From NCBI GenBank assembly GCA_964291315.2, contig OZ219753.1, positions 2,976,001 through 3,040,000 on the forward strand: a stretch of 64,000 bases of DNA. Direction: 5' to 3'. Shown here one piece after another: positions 45,185 to 56,928 of this stretch. Position 1 is the stretch's first letter; each line of letters starts with the position of its first letter. The notes under the pieces are model-generated. The model had not been told where the DNA came from, made no database searches, and saw only the letters and a program-made list of their open reading frames with translations. The translations under genes and the position numbers were made by a program. The DNA comes from Candidatus Poribacteria bacterium (GTDB taxonomy: Bacteria; Poribacteria; WGA-4E; WGA-3G).

Positions 45185-47422
45185 ATGAAATCCCAAAACG
45201 ATATAGCCTCACAACAACCAGCACTGACTGGTGCAACTATCCTTGCAATCATCGGTGTCGTGTTTGCTGCAGGGTGGATAGCGTTCGCCTACTACAAAGG
45301 TAATACTGACCACAGTGATCGCATACTGTTATTACACCCGGTAGTGCCGATATTGCTGATTCTGCTTCTCGCGCGAATTTACCGCTGGATCGAAATAAAG
45401 AGTATCATCATTTTGGAAATCCTAATGATAGGCGTGTGGCTTTTCATCCGCCTATTGGGGGCCTTAACCCCTTTCATCCTAGGATTCTGTTTCGCCTATA
45501 TCTTCAGATTTCTCTGGAACACCCTCCCGTTCAAAAAGGAGCATCAGCGCGCTATCACTACTGTGCTGATTCTCGTGGTTTGTGGAGTCGCTTTTTTCTA
45601 CACCGGAAGACAAGTGAGTAGGCAAGCGAGACAAATGGGCAGTGGATTGATGAAGTTTTATCACGAAACCGTTCTACCTTATGTCAATGGGGAGGTCTTT
45701 AAGGCTATCACCGTGGGTTTTGATTCGCTCGCTGGCAAAGACGAAGAGGCAAATGCGGTTAACGGAGAAAAACGACAAACAGAGATTCTCTATGTTGCTA
45801 CGAACCACGGTGTCTACAGAATTCAACAGGGTGCGAGAGATGCCCTCGTCCGCGTCGGTATCACAAACGGCGCGATCCTCGGTAAGCAGATACAGGCACT
45901 TGCCATGGGCGAAAATGTCATCTATGCTGGGACACAAAAAGGGTTGTACAGATACTTTGAGGTTCTGCCTGCGGAGCCCGTTGAGGTCGTTCGTGCTAAT
46001 GGAAACGTTCAGAAAATCCAGCCGCAAATCTGGCACAAGGTGGAAGGGACCCCTTTTGATGCTAAGTCTGTTCAAGCCATCGATACGCCAGATTGGGATA
46101 GGACTCAACTCTACGTCGGAACTCAAGAAGGACTTTATGCGAGCAAAGACTTAGGGCAAACATGGCATGAAGTCGCGCCTACTCTTTATGAAGATAAATC
46201 GATCGTCAGCATCACTTCTATTGAGGATACCAGTGCCAATAGAATAACTTACGTTGCTAGTACAACGCAGACTGATCCAGAAGCCCCGCAGCAACCTATA
46301 GAAACGGCGATACATTGGCATCTTGAAGGAACCGCTCTGGATTGGGAGCCACTGCCGCCGATAACGCAAATTGTCTACGCACTTGCAGGCGAAGAAACAG
46401 CAGACCGAAATGTCGGTAGCAACGCTCAAGTTGAGCTATACGCTGGCACGCCGGATGGGCTCCATACATGGAACAGTCTCGATGGTTGGCAGAAAGTAGG
46501 GGGCGCAAGCGGAATTACGTTTCTAGCGTCCGCACCTTCAGGGTTATACGCCGGGGATTCCATGGTTATCCGACATCGTATTGAATCGACCGCGGGGTGG
46601 AAACCTTTTACTATAAATAAGAAAGGTATTACTGATACTTATAAGAACGAACCGATTGTTCAGCAGGGACGCGCCTATCTTACGGAAAGGATCCCCACAA
46701 TTGCTCAAACCGGTGGCGAAGTCGTCAAATGGGTTTCCGGATTCGTCAGATCAATTGCTTTTGGATTCGGTGGCTTTCTAGCAACCCTATTGCTTGCATT
46801 CGTCGTCTTTGTCTACGCGAATCAGTCTTTTGATACCTATTTCCGGTCCCTCGTTTCGCTGCTCCCTGAATCCCGTCGTGATACTGTCAAGTGTTATCTA
46901 CGTGAGATTGATAAAAATCTCCAACAATTCTTGAAAGGGCAGGTCACTGTCATCGCGATTATTTCAGCGATCTCTTGCATTGCCTACAGCGTCATCGGTG
47001 TTCCGTTCGCGCTGGTTGTAGGTTTGCTTGCTGGTATCTGTAACGCTATCCCGACCTTTGGCCCCTTTATAGGTGGTGGTTTCGCCTTGCTAGCGATGTT
47101 GATGGGGCTCGCAGCCGGCGATTTCAGTGTTATTGAATTTCTAGTCCGTTCCACAGTGGTGGTCGTTGTTGCCCTGGGAGTCCAAACCATCGACAACTCG
47201 CTGGTTTCCCCGAAAGTCATGAGCGACGCTGTCGATGTAGACCCCTTACTTATCATGTTTGCTGTCATCGTTGGGGCGACTATGCTCGGTTTTTGGGGGG
47301 TGCTGCTTGCAATTCCTATTGTTGTTGTGATAAAATCGGTTATCGCTGTTTCGCGCACTTTAGCAACGGACCAAGGCTTGACGAGCACATCAGCCAAAAC
47401 GAATGCGCTGGAGGGAAAATGA
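45185..47422 (+). CDS. AI-2E family transporter with large beta-propeller-like insertion
   Basis: LTPFILG, QQFLKGQ, NAIPTFGP, QTIDNSLVSPKVM, GFWGVLLAIP; central YxGTxxGLY repeats. Confidence 0.85.
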   Translation: MKSQNDIASQQPALTGATILAIIGVVFAAGWIAFAYYKGNTDHSDRILLLHPVVPILLILLLARIYRWIEIKSIIILEILMIGVWLFIRLLGALTPFILGFCFAYIFRFLWNTLPFKKEHQRAITTVLILVVCGVAFFYTGRQVSRQARQMGSGLMKFYHETVLPYVNGEVFKAITVGFDSLAGKDEEANAVNGEKRQTEILYVATNHGVYRIQQGARDALVRVGITNGAILGKQIQALAMGENVIYAGTQKGLYRYFEVLPAEPVEVVRANGNVQKIQPQIWHKVEGTPFDAKSVQAIDTPDWDRTQLYVGTQEGLYASKDLGQTWHEVAPTLYEDKSIVSITSIEDTSANRITYVASTTQTDPEAPQQPIETAIHWHLEGTALDWEPLPPITQIVYALAGEETADRNVGSNAQVELYAGTPDGLHTWNSLDGWQKVGGASGITFLASAPSGLYAGDSMVIRHRIESTAGWKPFTINKKGITDTYKNEPIVQQGRAYLTERIPTIAQTGGEVVKWVSGFVRSIAFGFGGFLATLLLAFVVFVYANQSFDTYFRSLVSLLPESRRDTVKCYLREIDKNLQQFLKGQVTVIAIISAISCIAYSVIGVPFALVVGLLAGICNAIPTFGPFIGGGFALLAMLMGLAAGDFSVIEFLVRSTVVVVVALGVQTIDNSLVSPKVMSDAVDVDPLLIMFAVIVGATMLGFWGVLLAIPIVVVIKSVIAVSRTLATDQGLTSTSAKTNALEGK

Positions 47423-48843
47423 TGGAAACCACACGTCCGATTATTGCGATTGTTGGCAGGCCAAATGTCGGAAAGTCATCGCTCTTCAATCGGATTACCG
47501 CATCTGCCTGGGTACGTCCACAACAGACAAACCTCGAGTTTGCAGACACCGATGAGGCGATCCCGCGCAACAAAACGCGGAACGTCAGGAAATCGCGCGT
47601 TTCGCGTAAGATGGCTGTCGTCCATGATCTCCCTGGCGTAACGCGCGATAGGAATTACGCGGATGTTCAATGGAAGGACCGGTCTTTTACTGTTGTTGAT
47701 ACGGGCGGCTTGGATGTGGACCCCGAGGATCGTCTGATAGATAACGTGCAATTGCAGGTAGATGCCGCCCTAGCTGAAGCGAGTCTCGTTTTGTTAGTTG
47801 TCGATGCGCGCACTGGTGTTATGCCACACGACTTAATTGTTGCCAATAAACTCAGAGCCGCTGGCAAACCTATCTTCCTCGTTGTCAACAAGGTAGATAG
47901 CGAGCGGTTCCGTAATGAAGCGGCGGAGTTCTATGCACTCGGATTCCCTGAACCGATCTGGACATCGTGTGTCCAAAACGAAGGGATCCAAGAACTGCTC
48001 GACCACGTCGTGGATGCGCTACCGCATACTGATGCAACAGTGGATAATACCGATGCCGCGATCAAAATCGCGATTGTCGGCAGGCCGAATGTCGGGAAAT
48101 CATCACTTATTAATAACTTGTTAGGCGCGGAACGAATGATTGTCGACGATCGGCCCGGCACAACACGCGACGCTGTAAATATACGACTTGTTCACGACAA
48201 TGTGCCTTTTGAGGTAGTTGACACTGCCGGGATGCGCCGGAAATCCGCTATTAACGATGAACTCGAATCGGTAACCGTCCAGCGGGCTATCTACAGCATT
48301 CGGCACAGCGATGTCGCTGTCCTTGTGCTTGACGTAACGCAGGAAATCGCGCAGCAAGATAAGACAATCGCTAGTTTTATTGAACGGCATGGAAAAGCCT
48401 CTGTTTTGGTTTTGAATAAGTGGGATCTTATCAAAAAGGATAACACAACACATCGGGTATTTATGGACAAGCTAGACGTTCAACTCCGGCAACTCTATTA
48501 TGTTCCCCGTGTTTTTGTTTCTGCTATTACTGGTCAGCGGGTTACCCATATATTGGAAATTGCGCTTGAGGTGTATCGCGAGTATTGCACTCGTATCCCG
48601 ACTCCAGATCTTAACCAGTTACTCTTAGAGTTGCGAAACGTGCATCCGCCACCACGAGTCAAGGGCGTACGGCCGGCTCTTAAATATATCACACAGGTAG
48701 AGACAAAACCGCCTACCTTTCTCATCTTCGGACGAAATCTGCATCGGATACGTCCACCTTACGAGGCCTACCTTGTCAATAACATTCGGGAGGAATTCGG
48801 ATTCAACGGCACACCGATACGCATTTTTTATCGCCGATCATAA
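47419..48843 (+). CDS. der: Ribosome biogenesis GTPase Der (EngA)
   Basis: Two GRPNVGKSS, GVTRDR/GTTRD, DTGG/DTAG, NKVD/NKWD, C-terminal FGFNGTPI. Confidence 0.95.
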   Translation: MMETTRPIIAIVGRPNVGKSSLFNRITASAWVRPQQTNLEFADTDEAIPRNKTRNVRKSRVSRKMAVVHDLPGVTRDRNYADVQWKDRSFTVVDTGGLDVDPEDRLIDNVQLQVDAALAEASLVLLVVDARTGVMPHDLIVANKLRAAGKPIFLVVNKVDSERFRNEAAEFYALGFPEPIWTSCVQNEGIQELLDHVVDALPHTDATVDNTDAAIKIAIVGRPNVGKSSLINNLLGAERMIVDDRPGTTRDAVNIRLVHDNVPFEVVDTAGMRRKSAINDELESVTVQRAIYSIRHSDVAVLVLDVTQEIAQQDKTIASFIERHGKASVLVLNKWDLIKKDNTTHRVFMDKLDVQLRQLYYVPRVFVSAITGQRVTHILEIALEVYREYCTRIPTPDLNQLLLELRNVHPPPRVKGVRPALKYITQVETKPPTFLIFGRNLHRIRPPYEAYLVNNIREEFGFNGTPIRIFYRRS

Positions 48844-48854
48844 AGGAGGAATTC

Positions 48855-49829
48855 TTGGCACAACAGAGAGTTTTTATCACACGTCCTGTTCGAGAAGAAA
48901 TCCTAGCTAAGATTGCTGAGGCGTGTGAAGTTGAGATGTGGCATACAAGCGCGATCCTACCGCCTATCGCTGAAAAAATTCCGCAGCTCGATGGACTCAT
49001 GACATACGGACATGAACTGGTATCCCCGGAGATGATCGCTTCCGCGCGCAATCTCAAAGTTATTTCTGTTGTTGGTGTCGGCTATGATCACATCCACGTC
49101 GGAGCGTGCAAGGAAAGAGGGATTGCTGTCGGGCATACGCCAGGTGTCCTCAGCGATACAACCGCCGACATGACAATGGCACTGCTCCTCGCCGCCTCGC
49201 GGCAGATTGTTCCTGCCCATGATCACGTCCAAGCCAAGAGGTGGCTATACTTCGATCCCAACATCCTCTGGGGGTATGATGTACATCACGCGACGCTTGG
49301 CATTGTCGGCATGGGACGCATCGGTTACGCTGTCGCAAAACGCGCTTTGGGCTTTGATATGCGGGTCCTCTATTACAAACGCGAGCGCAGACATGACTGG
49401 GAGGAAGAACTCGGTGTCGAATACGCTGACATGGAGCGGCTCCTTCAATCTTCCGACTTCGTCACACTACACGTTCCGCTGACAGAAGAAACAATTTGTA
49501 TGATTGGAAAGGCGGAGCTTGAACTGATGAAAAATACGGCAATCTTGGTGAACATCGCTAGAGGTCCTGTTATTGATCACTACGCCTTGTACGACGCGCT
49601 CACAACCGGTCAAATTGCCGGCGCTGCTCTTGACGTAACCGAACCTGAACCGCTTAATATCGACCATCCGCTCCTTGGTTTAGATAACGTTATTATCGCC
49701 CCGCATCTGGGCAGTGCTACTATCCAAACGCGAACGAAAATGATGACGATGGCGATGGAGAACCTGCTCGCTGGATTGAAGAAGGAACCGCTGCCCTATG
49801 GTATTCCTCAGCCCGATGTATCCGAATAG
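48855..49829 (+). CDS. D-2-hydroxyacid dehydrogenase (glyoxylate/hydroxypyruvate reductase type)
   Basis: VGYDHI, TPGVL, GMGRIG, NIARG, LDVTEPEP, PHLGSAT. Confidence 0.9.
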   Translation: MAQQRVFITRPVREEILAKIAEACEVEMWHTSAILPPIAEKIPQLDGLMTYGHELVSPEMIASARNLKVISVVGVGYDHIHVGACKERGIAVGHTPGVLSDTTADMTMALLLAASRQIVPAHDHVQAKRWLYFDPNILWGYDVHHATLGIVGMGRIGYAVAKRALGFDMRVLYYKRERRHDWEEELGVEYADMERLLQSSDFVTLHVPLTEETICMIGKAELELMKNTAILVNIARGPVIDHYALYDALTTGQIAGAALDVTEPEPLNIDHPLLGLDNVIIAPHLGSATIQTRTKMMTMAMENLLAGLKKEPLPYGIPQPDVSE

Positions 49830-49877
49830 CAGATGTGCTGCCTCAATTTTATAAATCCTATATTGTAAGGAGCCTAA

Positions 49878-51203
49878 ATGCTACTTGAAAGATTGTTTCA
49901 GTTGAAAGAAAGCGGCACCACGGTGAAACGTGAGCTGATTGCGGGGCTCACAAATTTTATGGCGATTTCATACATAATCTTTGTGCAACCTTCGCTGTTT
50001 TCACAAGTAGGCATGGATCCTGGGGCTGTCATGGTTGCAACCTGTGTATCGAGCGCGATTGCTTCGTTTTTCATGGCGTTTCTGACCAATTATCCTGTTG
50101 TGTTAGCCCCTGGGATGGGGCTCAACGCCTACTTTGTTTTTGAAGTTTGCCAGGGCTTAAACTTACCGTGGCAGGAAGCGTTAGGCATCGTTTTTATAGC
50201 AGGCATGTTGTTCTTCATTCTCTCATTTGTTGGGATCCGTGAGGCGGTGATGAATGCTCTCCCTCCTTCACTTCAGAATGCTATCGCTATCGGGATTGGA
50301 CTGTTTATCGCGCTCATCGGTCTACAGATGAGTGGGATAATTACAAGGCATCCCGCCACGTTTGTAACTCGGAGCGATCTTTTATCGACGCCTGTGTTGC
50401 TTTCTCTTTTCGGTATTGCTGTGACGCTCGCGCTCTTGGCGCGTAAAGTGCGAGGTGCTATTCTCATCGGAATCCTTGTGGCCACTGTCCCGAACCTCAT
50501 ATTTGGGCTTGCCCAGTACGAGGGGGTCGCCGCACCGCCACCTCCCCTTGAACCGACGTTTTTCAAGCTGCGATTTCCGAATGTTTTTGCCAAACTAGAA
50601 CTGATCTCCGTAATTTTTGTTTTCTTTGCTATAGACATGTTTGATAGTATCGGCACGCTCACGGCTATCGGTTACAGAGCGGAATTGCTTGAGGAAGGGA
50701 AACTTGCAAAAGCGAAGCGTGCTCTTTTAACAGACGCAGGTAGTACGGTTGGAGGTGCTTTACTCGGCACCTCAACTGTCACATGTTATATTGAGAGCAC
50801 CACGGGTATTACTGTGGGCGGACGGACAGGGCTCACTGCTGTCTTTACAGGGATTTTTATGCTGCTCTCCATTACGTTCTATCCGCTCGTTAAGATCGTA
50901 GGCGGAGCATACATTGTAGAAGGTATCCAACTCCATCCGATTATCGCCCCTGCGCTCATTATCGTTGGCGGACTGATGCTCAGAAATGTTAACCAGATCG
51001 ATTGGGATGACATCACAGAATCGATCCCGGCGTTCCTTACGATACTGATGATGCCCCTCTCGTTTAGCATTACAGATGGTATCGGTTTTGGACTCATCTC
51101 TTTGGCGTTCCTCAAGTTGGTCACGGGGCGTGGAAAAGAGGTGAATCCTATTATCTATTACTTCGCACTCTTCTTCATTGCCTGTTACATCGGAGATCTA
51201 TAG
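49878..51203 (+). CDS. NCS2/AzgA family nucleobase permease
   Basis: LAPGMGLNAYF, DMFDSIGT, YIESTTG, GGRTGLTA, SITDG. Confidence 0.92.
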   Translation: MLLERLFQLKESGTTVKRELIAGLTNFMAISYIIFVQPSLFSQVGMDPGAVMVATCVSSAIASFFMAFLTNYPVVLAPGMGLNAYFVFEVCQGLNLPWQEALGIVFIAGMLFFILSFVGIREAVMNALPPSLQNAIAIGIGLFIALIGLQMSGIITRHPATFVTRSDLLSTPVLLSLFGIAVTLALLARKVRGAILIGILVATVPNLIFGLAQYEGVAAPPPPLEPTFFKLRFPNVFAKLELISVIFVFFAIDMFDSIGTLTAIGYRAELLEEGKLAKAKRALLTDAGSTVGGALLGTSTVTCYIESTTGITVGGRTGLTAVFTGIFMLLSITFYPLVKIVGGAYIVEGIQLHPIIAPALIIVGGLMLRNVNQIDWDDITESIPAFLTILMMPLSFSITDGIGFGLISLAFLKLVTGRGKEVNPIIYYFALFFIACYIGDL

Positions 51204-51323
51204 GCGGGAGCTCCTCCTAAATCAGACAGCTGTGGCTGCAGTCGGTGTTGAAAAAACACGTCCACAAAAAGATACCGTGAGTGCAGCACTTTCAAAACAC
51301 GCGCACAAAGGAATAATATTATA

Positions 51324-54300
51324 ATGCCCCGTATTTTTGATAACATTGATCACCACTTATTACCTGCCCTGCAACAGGCACTTAAAACTGCCACCCATGC
51401 TGACTTCTGTGTCGGTTATTTCAACCTTCGCGGCTGGAAAGGACTCGCTGCTCATATTGAAAATTGGAAGGGCGGTGACGGGGAATGCTGCCGTTTGCTC
51501 GTTGGGATGCAACGGCTGCCCGAGGAGGAGCTCCGAAAAGTCAAGCGACTCGGTCAGCAAAATGTTGGAATAGACAACCAAACCGCCCTCCGTATCAGAC
51601 AGAGATTAGCGGAGGAGTTTCGAGAACAGTTGACTGTCGGTGTACCAACAGGCACAGACGAAATCGGCTTACGTCAATTGGCAAAACAGTTGCGTGCCGA
51701 AAAAGTAAAGGTAAAGCTTTTTCTGGAACATCCTCTTCATGCAAAACTCTATCTCATCTACCGCCATGACCTGATCGCGCCGACCGTGGGTTATCTTGGC
51801 AGCAGTAACCTAACGCTGGCGGGTCTTTCGCGGCAGGGTGAGCTGAACGTTGACATCGTTGACGCGGATGCTTGCGAAAAATTAAAGGGATGGTTTGAAG
51901 ACCGATGGAACGCCCGATGGTGCATCGATATTTCTAAGGAATTGGTCGAAATTATTGAGCAGAGTTGGGCGCGTGAAGAGCGGGTCTCGCCATATCACAT
52001 CTATGTCAAAATGGCGTACCATTTGTCGCAAGAGGCGCGTGCTGGGTTAACTGAATTTCAGATTCCCCGCGAATTTCAGGATAAATTGTTTGAGTTCCAA
52101 ACGGCGGCGGTCAAAATCGCAGCACATCATCTCAACAAACGCGGAGGGGTTCTCATCGGGGATGTCGTCGGACTCGGCAAAACACTTATGGGAACGGCAC
52201 TTGCACGTATACAAGAAGACGATTATGATCTTGAAACGTTAATTATTTGCCCCAAAAACCTCGTCAACATGTGGGAGAGCTATCGAGAAGAGTACCGTCT
52301 ACGCGGAAGAGTGCTTTCGATGAGCCGCGTTATCAATGAGTTACCAGACCTTCGCCGCTACCGCCTTGTTATGATTGATGAGAGTCACAACCTCAGAAAC
52401 CGGGAAGGTAAACGCTACCGCGCTATTCAGGAATATATCCATGAAAATGAAAGTAAGGTTATCCTCCTCTCCGCAACCCCTTACAACAAAACCTATCTCG
52501 ATCTTTCCAATCAACTCCGTCTATTTCTAGAGGAAACCGAAGACCTCGGTATTAGACCGGAGCAATATATCAAGAGTCTAGGCGGCGAAACGGAGTTCAT
52601 TCGGAAACATCAAAGCGGGGTGCGTACGCTTTCAGCGTTTGAACAGAGCGAATATATCGACGATTGGCGCGAACTCATGCGCCGCTACCTTGTACGCCGA
52701 ACGCGTGGTTTTATCATGCAAAACTATGCAGAAACGGACCCACAGACAGCACAGAAATTTCTTTTGTTTAGCGATGGTAAACGTTCCTATTTCCCGACAC
52801 GTCTGCCTAGAACAGTAAAGTTCGCCATTGATGAGCAAAACTGTGATGACACCTACGCGCAGCTATACTCGTCTTCTGTCGTGAATGTCATTGGCAGCCT
52901 TAAGCTTGCACGGTATGGTCTCGCGAATTACATTGTCGATACAGACACACAAACGCTCACTTCAAATGAGGTAACCAGCCTACAAAATCTCTCTCGTGCC
53001 GGACAGCGGTTAATGGGGTTTTGTCGGACGAACCTTTTTAAACGGCTTGAAAGTAGTGGGCAGGCGTTCATCCAATCCGTTGACCGGCATATCCTCCGAA
53101 ACTATGTTTTTCTTCACGCCATTGAAAACCAAAAACCGCTACCGATTGGATCGCAAAATGCGGATATGCTGGATTCTCGGTTTGAAGATAGAGATGCTGA
53201 TGATGCCACGCTCATATTAGATGCTGGTGATGACGATGACATACAGATAGATAGCACAAATTCACAGACGAACTCATACACAACCTCTGATTATCAGCAA
53301 CGCGCCGCGGCTATCTATCAACTCTACACGACGAAGTATAAAAATCGGTTTAAATGGCTGCGCCCCAGTCTCTTTCATGCCGTGCTTCAGGAAGAGCTGA
53401 CCGGGGATGCAGTCGCACTCATCCAGGTATTGCAACAATACGGTACATGGGACCCCGAAAAGGACGCGAAGCTCAACGCCCTTCAGGCGCTCTTAACCGA
53501 AATACATCCAGGGGATAAGGTTCTAATTTTCACGCAATTTGCGGATACGGTGCAGTATCTGACAGATGCCCTTTCAGCGCGCGGGTTGGCGAAAATCGCC
53601 CCTGCAACCGGCAATTCAGCAGATCCCACGGTTTTAGCATACCGTTTTAGTCCTGTCAGCAACGGCAAACGGAGTACGGTTAAGTCGGAAGACGAATTGC
53701 GGGTGCTTATTAGCACCGATGTGCTGAGTGAAGGGCAGAATTTACAGGATTGTTCAATCGTTGTCAACTATGACTTGCCGTGGGCGATTATACGTTTGGT
53801 CCAACGCGCCGGCAGGGTTGATAGAATTGGGCAAACTGCGGAAAAGATCTTGTGTTATTCATTTCTACCTGCGGATGGGGTCGAGCGCATTATTAACTTG
53901 CGGGACCGCGTCCGCACGCGCCTCCAACAGAATAAGGAAGTTGTCGGCACAGACGAAGCTTTCTTTGAGGACGATGCGGAAGAGGGCAGCCAAACGATCG
54001 TTAATCTCTACAACGAAAAGGCGGGGCTGCTTGATGATGAGCGAGATACCGATGTAGATCTCGCCTCTCACGCGTACCAGATATGGAAAAACGCTATTAC
54101 GCAAGAGCCACATTTAGAAAAGATTGTCTCTGACCTTCCATCTGTTGTTTATTCAACGCAGCCGCATACACCCACCGATAGCGAACCTGAAGGTGCACTC
54201 GTCTATATCCGTACAGGCCAAGAAAACGACGCACTCGCTTGGATAGATAGAGACGGCTCGAACGTAACGGAATCCCAGTTTGCTATTCTGCAAGCGGCAG

Positions 54301-54719
54301 CGTGTGGACCCGATACTGAGGCACTCCACCCCCTTGAAGAGCATCATCGCCTCGTCGAGGAAGCGGCAAAGATGATTGTCTCTGAAGAACGATCTGTTGG
54401 CGGACAGCTCGGACGCCCCTCGGGGGCCCGGTTCCGCACCTATGAACGCTTGAAGGACTACGTTTCATCGGTTGAAGGTACACTCTTTGCAACACCGCAG
54501 CTCAAAAAGGTTATCGAGAATATTTACCGGCACCCGCTGCGACAAAGAGCGACCGATACCCTCAACCGTCAACTCCGCAGCGGTATCTCTAATGAAGACC
54601 TTGTAGCACTGGTGATCGATTTATGGGAAACGGATCGACTCTGTATTATTGATACGGAACAGCAAACGCGAGAACCACAAATTGTGTGTTCATTAGGGCT
54701 CCGCACAAAGGATGCATAA
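51324..54719 (+). CDS. PLD-family nuclease fused to SNF2-type helicase
   Basis: VGYF, HAKLY..GSSNLT (HKD-type), [33 protein letters not shown]. Confidence 0.9.
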   Translation: MPRIFDNIDHHLLPALQQALKTATHADFCVGYFNLRGWKGLAAHIENWKGGDGECCRLLVGMQRLPEEELRKVKRLGQQNVGIDNQTALRIRQRLAEEFREQLTVGVPTGTDEIGLRQLAKQLRAEKVKVKLFLEHPLHAKLYLIYRHDLIAPTVGYLGSSNLTLAGLSRQGELNVDIVDADACEKLKGWFEDRWNARWCIDISKELVEIIEQSWAREERVSPYHIYVKMAYHLSQEARAGLTEFQIPREFQDKLFEFQTAAVKIAAHHLNKRGGVLIGDVVGLGKTLMGTALARIQEDDYDLETLIICPKNLVNMWESYREEYRLRGRVLSMSRVINELPDLRRYRLVMIDESHNLRNREGKRYRAIQEYIHENESKVILLSATPYNKTYLDLSNQLRLFLEETEDLGIRPEQYIKSLGGETEFIRKHQSGVRTLSAFEQSEYIDDWRELMRRYLVRRTRGFIMQNYAETDPQTAQKFLLFSDGKRSYFPTRLPRTVKFAIDEQNCDDTYAQLYSSSVVNVIGSLKLARYGLANYIVDTDTQTLTSNEVTSLQNLSRAGQRLMGFCRTNLFKRLESSGQAFIQSVDRHILRNYVFLHAIENQKPLPIGSQNADMLDSRFEDRDADDATLILDAGDDDDIQIDSTNSQTNSYTTSDYQQRAAAIYQLYTTKYKNRFKWLRPSLFHAVLQEELTGDAVALIQVLQQYGTWDPEKDAKLNALQALLTEIHPGDKVLIFTQFADTVQYLTDALSARGLAKIAPATGNSADPTVLAYRFSPVSNGKRSTVKSEDELRVLISTDVLSEGQNLQDCSIVVNYDLPWAIIRLVQRAGRVDRIGQTAEKILCYSFLPADGVERIINLRDRVRTRLQQNKEVVGTDEAFFEDDAEEGSQTIVNLYNEKAGLLDDERDTDVDLASHAYQIWKNAITQEPHLEKIVSDLPSVVYSTQPHTPTDSEPEGALVYIRTGQENDALAWIDRDGSNVTESQFAILQAAACGPDTEALHPLEEHHRLVEEAAKMIVSEERSVGGQLGRPSGARFRTYERLKDYVSSVEGTLFATPQLKKVIENIYRHPLRQRATDTLNRQLRSGISNEDLVALVIDLWETDRLCIIDTEQQTREPQIVCSLGLRTKDA

Positions 54720-54745
54720 ACCTACGCGCCCTCCGAAAAACAGTG

Positions 54746-54774
54746 TTGAAAGCCATCTCGTTATCGTGTATAAT
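54746..54774 (+). promoter_or_regulatory. Internal promoter for the methyltransferase
   Basis: TTGAAA-17bp-TATAAT. Confidence 0.65.
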
Positions 54775-54804
54775 GTGTGAAAACGAATGAATAGGAGAAC
54801 GTCT

Positions 54805-56928
54805 ATGCTTCATCGAGAACAAATTCTTGAATATCTTAGAGCGACTAACTTTAGCGCTCTCTTCACCCAAGCACTCGGTTGGGATCACTACACACAGGCG
54901 CTAAATATCAGCGTAGACACCACCGAGTGGTACCTCTCCGCAGTCGCAGAGAAACGCGGCATGATCGTCTTTGAATGCCACGCAACAGACGCAGATGGAC
55001 AACTCCCCAAGTATGCGCTGCGCCGGAAGATCCAGCAGCAAGTTGCTCGCTCCGCCTATGAGCATATTATCATCTACACCGATGCAAGCAAAACAACGCA
55101 CCTCTGGCAGTGGGTCAGACGAGAGCCGGGCAAGCCGGATGCGTGCCGAGAACACCGGTATCACACGGCACAATCGGGGGAGTCGCTGATACAAAAGTTA
55201 GAGCCGATCGCCTTCAGTCTTGACGAAGAGGCCGAACTGACGCTCTCTGACGTGACAGGGCGCGTCGGGAGCGCGTTCTATGCGGAGCGGGTGACCAAGA
55301 AGTTTTACGATCGCTTCAAGCGAGAGCAGACGGCGTTCTTATCGTTCCTCACGGGCATCCCGGATGCCGAGGTGCAGCGCGCATATGTCTCTATCCTGCT
55401 GAATCGGCTGATGTTCATCTACTTCATTCAGAAGAAGGGGTTTCTCAACAGTGACCCAGACTATCTGCGGCACACGTTGACGGAGACGCAAAAGAGTGGC
55501 AGCGACCGGTACTATAGAGCGTTTCTCTGTCCGCTGTTCTTTGAAGGGTTTGCAAAGCCGGAGGCGGAACGGGGCAGAGCTGTGGTTGGGCTCCTCGGGG
55601 ATGTGCCGTATCTCAACGGCGGCATCTTTGAGCAGCACGCCATAGAGACGCATCACGGGGAGCGTATTGAGATCCCGGATGCGGCGTTTGAGCAGCTCTT
55701 CGGCTTCTTTGATGAGTATCAGTGGCATTTGGACGATCGCCCGTTGAAAAACGACACGGAGATCAACCCGGATGTGCTGGGATATATCTTTGAGAAATAC
55801 ATCAACCAGAAGCAGATGGGTGCCTACTACACGAAGGAAGACATCACCGAGTATATCAGCAAGAACACGATTATTCCGTTTCTCTTTGATGCGGCGCGTC
55901 GGTCGTGTGAGATAGCGTTTGCGGCGGATGGTACGGTGTGGCAGCTGCTGCGAGATGCCCCGGAGCGCTATATCTACCCGGCTGTGAGCAAAGGTGCTGT
56001 GTTAGAGTTGCCGCCCCATATCGCTGCGGGGGTTGCGGATGTCTCTAAGCGCACAGATTGGAACACTGTTGCGCCTTCCGAGTATGCCTTGCCGACCGAG
56101 ATATGGCGGGAAGTCGTTGCGAGACGACAACGCTACGAGATGCTGCGTGCGAAGCTGGTCAACGGAGACATCGGGAGCATCAACGATCTGATTACCTACA
56201 ATCTAGATGTCCGTCAGTTCGCACAAGACGTAATCGCAGGCTGTGAGGGTCCTGAGCTGCTGCGTGCGTTTTGGCAGGCGATCAGACACATCAGCATCCT
56301 GGATCCGACGTGTGGCTCGGGGGCGTTCCTCTTCGCCGCTGTGAATATCCTCGTGCCGCTCTATGAGGCGTGTCTCGACCGAATGCAAGCCTTTCTCAAC
56401 GACGACTCGGGTGCCGGCCGGCGCTATGCTGACTTCCGAGAGACGCTCGGGCGTATAGAGCAGCATCCGAACAGAGCCTATTTTATTCTCAAGTCTATTG
56501 TGATAAATAACCTCTACGGTGTGGACATCATGGCGGAGGCGGTTGAAATCTGTAAGCTCCGGCTCTTCCTGAAGATGGTCTCACAGATTGAAGATGTGCG
56601 GCAGATAGAACCGTTGCCAGACATCGACTTCAACATCCAGTCGGGGAATAGTCTCGTCGGGTTCTCGACGTATGATGCGGTAGAGCGAGCGGTGACGGGC
56701 AAGCTGGACTTTGACAACACGATGCGGCGGCTTCGGGAGAAGGCAGAGGATGTGGATGCGTTGTTCCAAGCGTTTCGCAGGCAACAGACGGCGTTAGGCG
56801 GGGTCGTGACGCGTGCGGATAAGCAGGCATTGCGAGAGAGACTGGGTGTCTTAGAAGATGAGTTGAACATCTATCTTGCGGGTGAGTATGGCGTGAACAC
56901 TTCACATAATATAAGCGGGGGGGGGTAA
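54805..56928 (+). CDS. Eco57I-like gamma-class DNA adenine methyltransferase, N-terminal part (frameshift-truncated)
   Basis: LNRLMFIYFIQKKG, PYLNGGIF, GAYYT, LDPTCGSGAF, NLYGVD, GNSL; ends GGG-stop at a G9 tract, before NPPY. Confidence 0.88.
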   Translation: MLHREQILEYLRATNFSALFTQALGWDHYTQALNISVDTTEWYLSAVAEKRGMIVFECHATDADGQLPKYALRRKIQQQVARSAYEHIIIYTDASKTTHLWQWVRREPGKPDACREHRYHTAQSGESLIQKLEPIAFSLDEEAELTLSDVTGRVGSAFYAERVTKKFYDRFKREQTAFLSFLTGIPDAEVQRAYVSILLNRLMFIYFIQKKGFLNSDPDYLRHTLTETQKSGSDRYYRAFLCPLFFEGFAKPEAERGRAVVGLLGDVPYLNGGIFEQHAIETHHGERIEIPDAAFEQLFGFFDEYQWHLDDRPLKNDTEINPDVLGYIFEKYINQKQMGAYYTKEDITEYISKNTIIPFLFDAARRSCEIAFAADGTVWQLLRDAPERYIYPAVSKGAVLELPPHIAAGVADVSKRTDWNTVAPSEYALPTEIWREVVARRQRYEMLRAKLVNGDIGSINDLITYNLDVRQFAQDVIAGCEGPELLRAFWQAIRHISILDPTCGSGAFLFAAVNILVPLYEACLDRMQAFLNDDSGAGRRYADFRETLGRIEQHPNRAYFILKSIVINNLYGVDIMAEAVEICKLRLFLKMVSQIEDVRQIEPLPDIDFNIQSGNSLVGFSTYDAVERAVTGKLDFDNTMRRLREKAEDVDALFQAFRRQQTALGGVVTRADKQALRERLGVLEDELNIYLAGEYGVNTSHNISGGG
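56917..56925 (+). repeat. G9 homopolymer tract at methyltransferase frameshift
   Basis: aagc GGGGGGGGG taatc; G10 or G7 restores one ORF of about 1085 aa. Confidence 0.9.
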
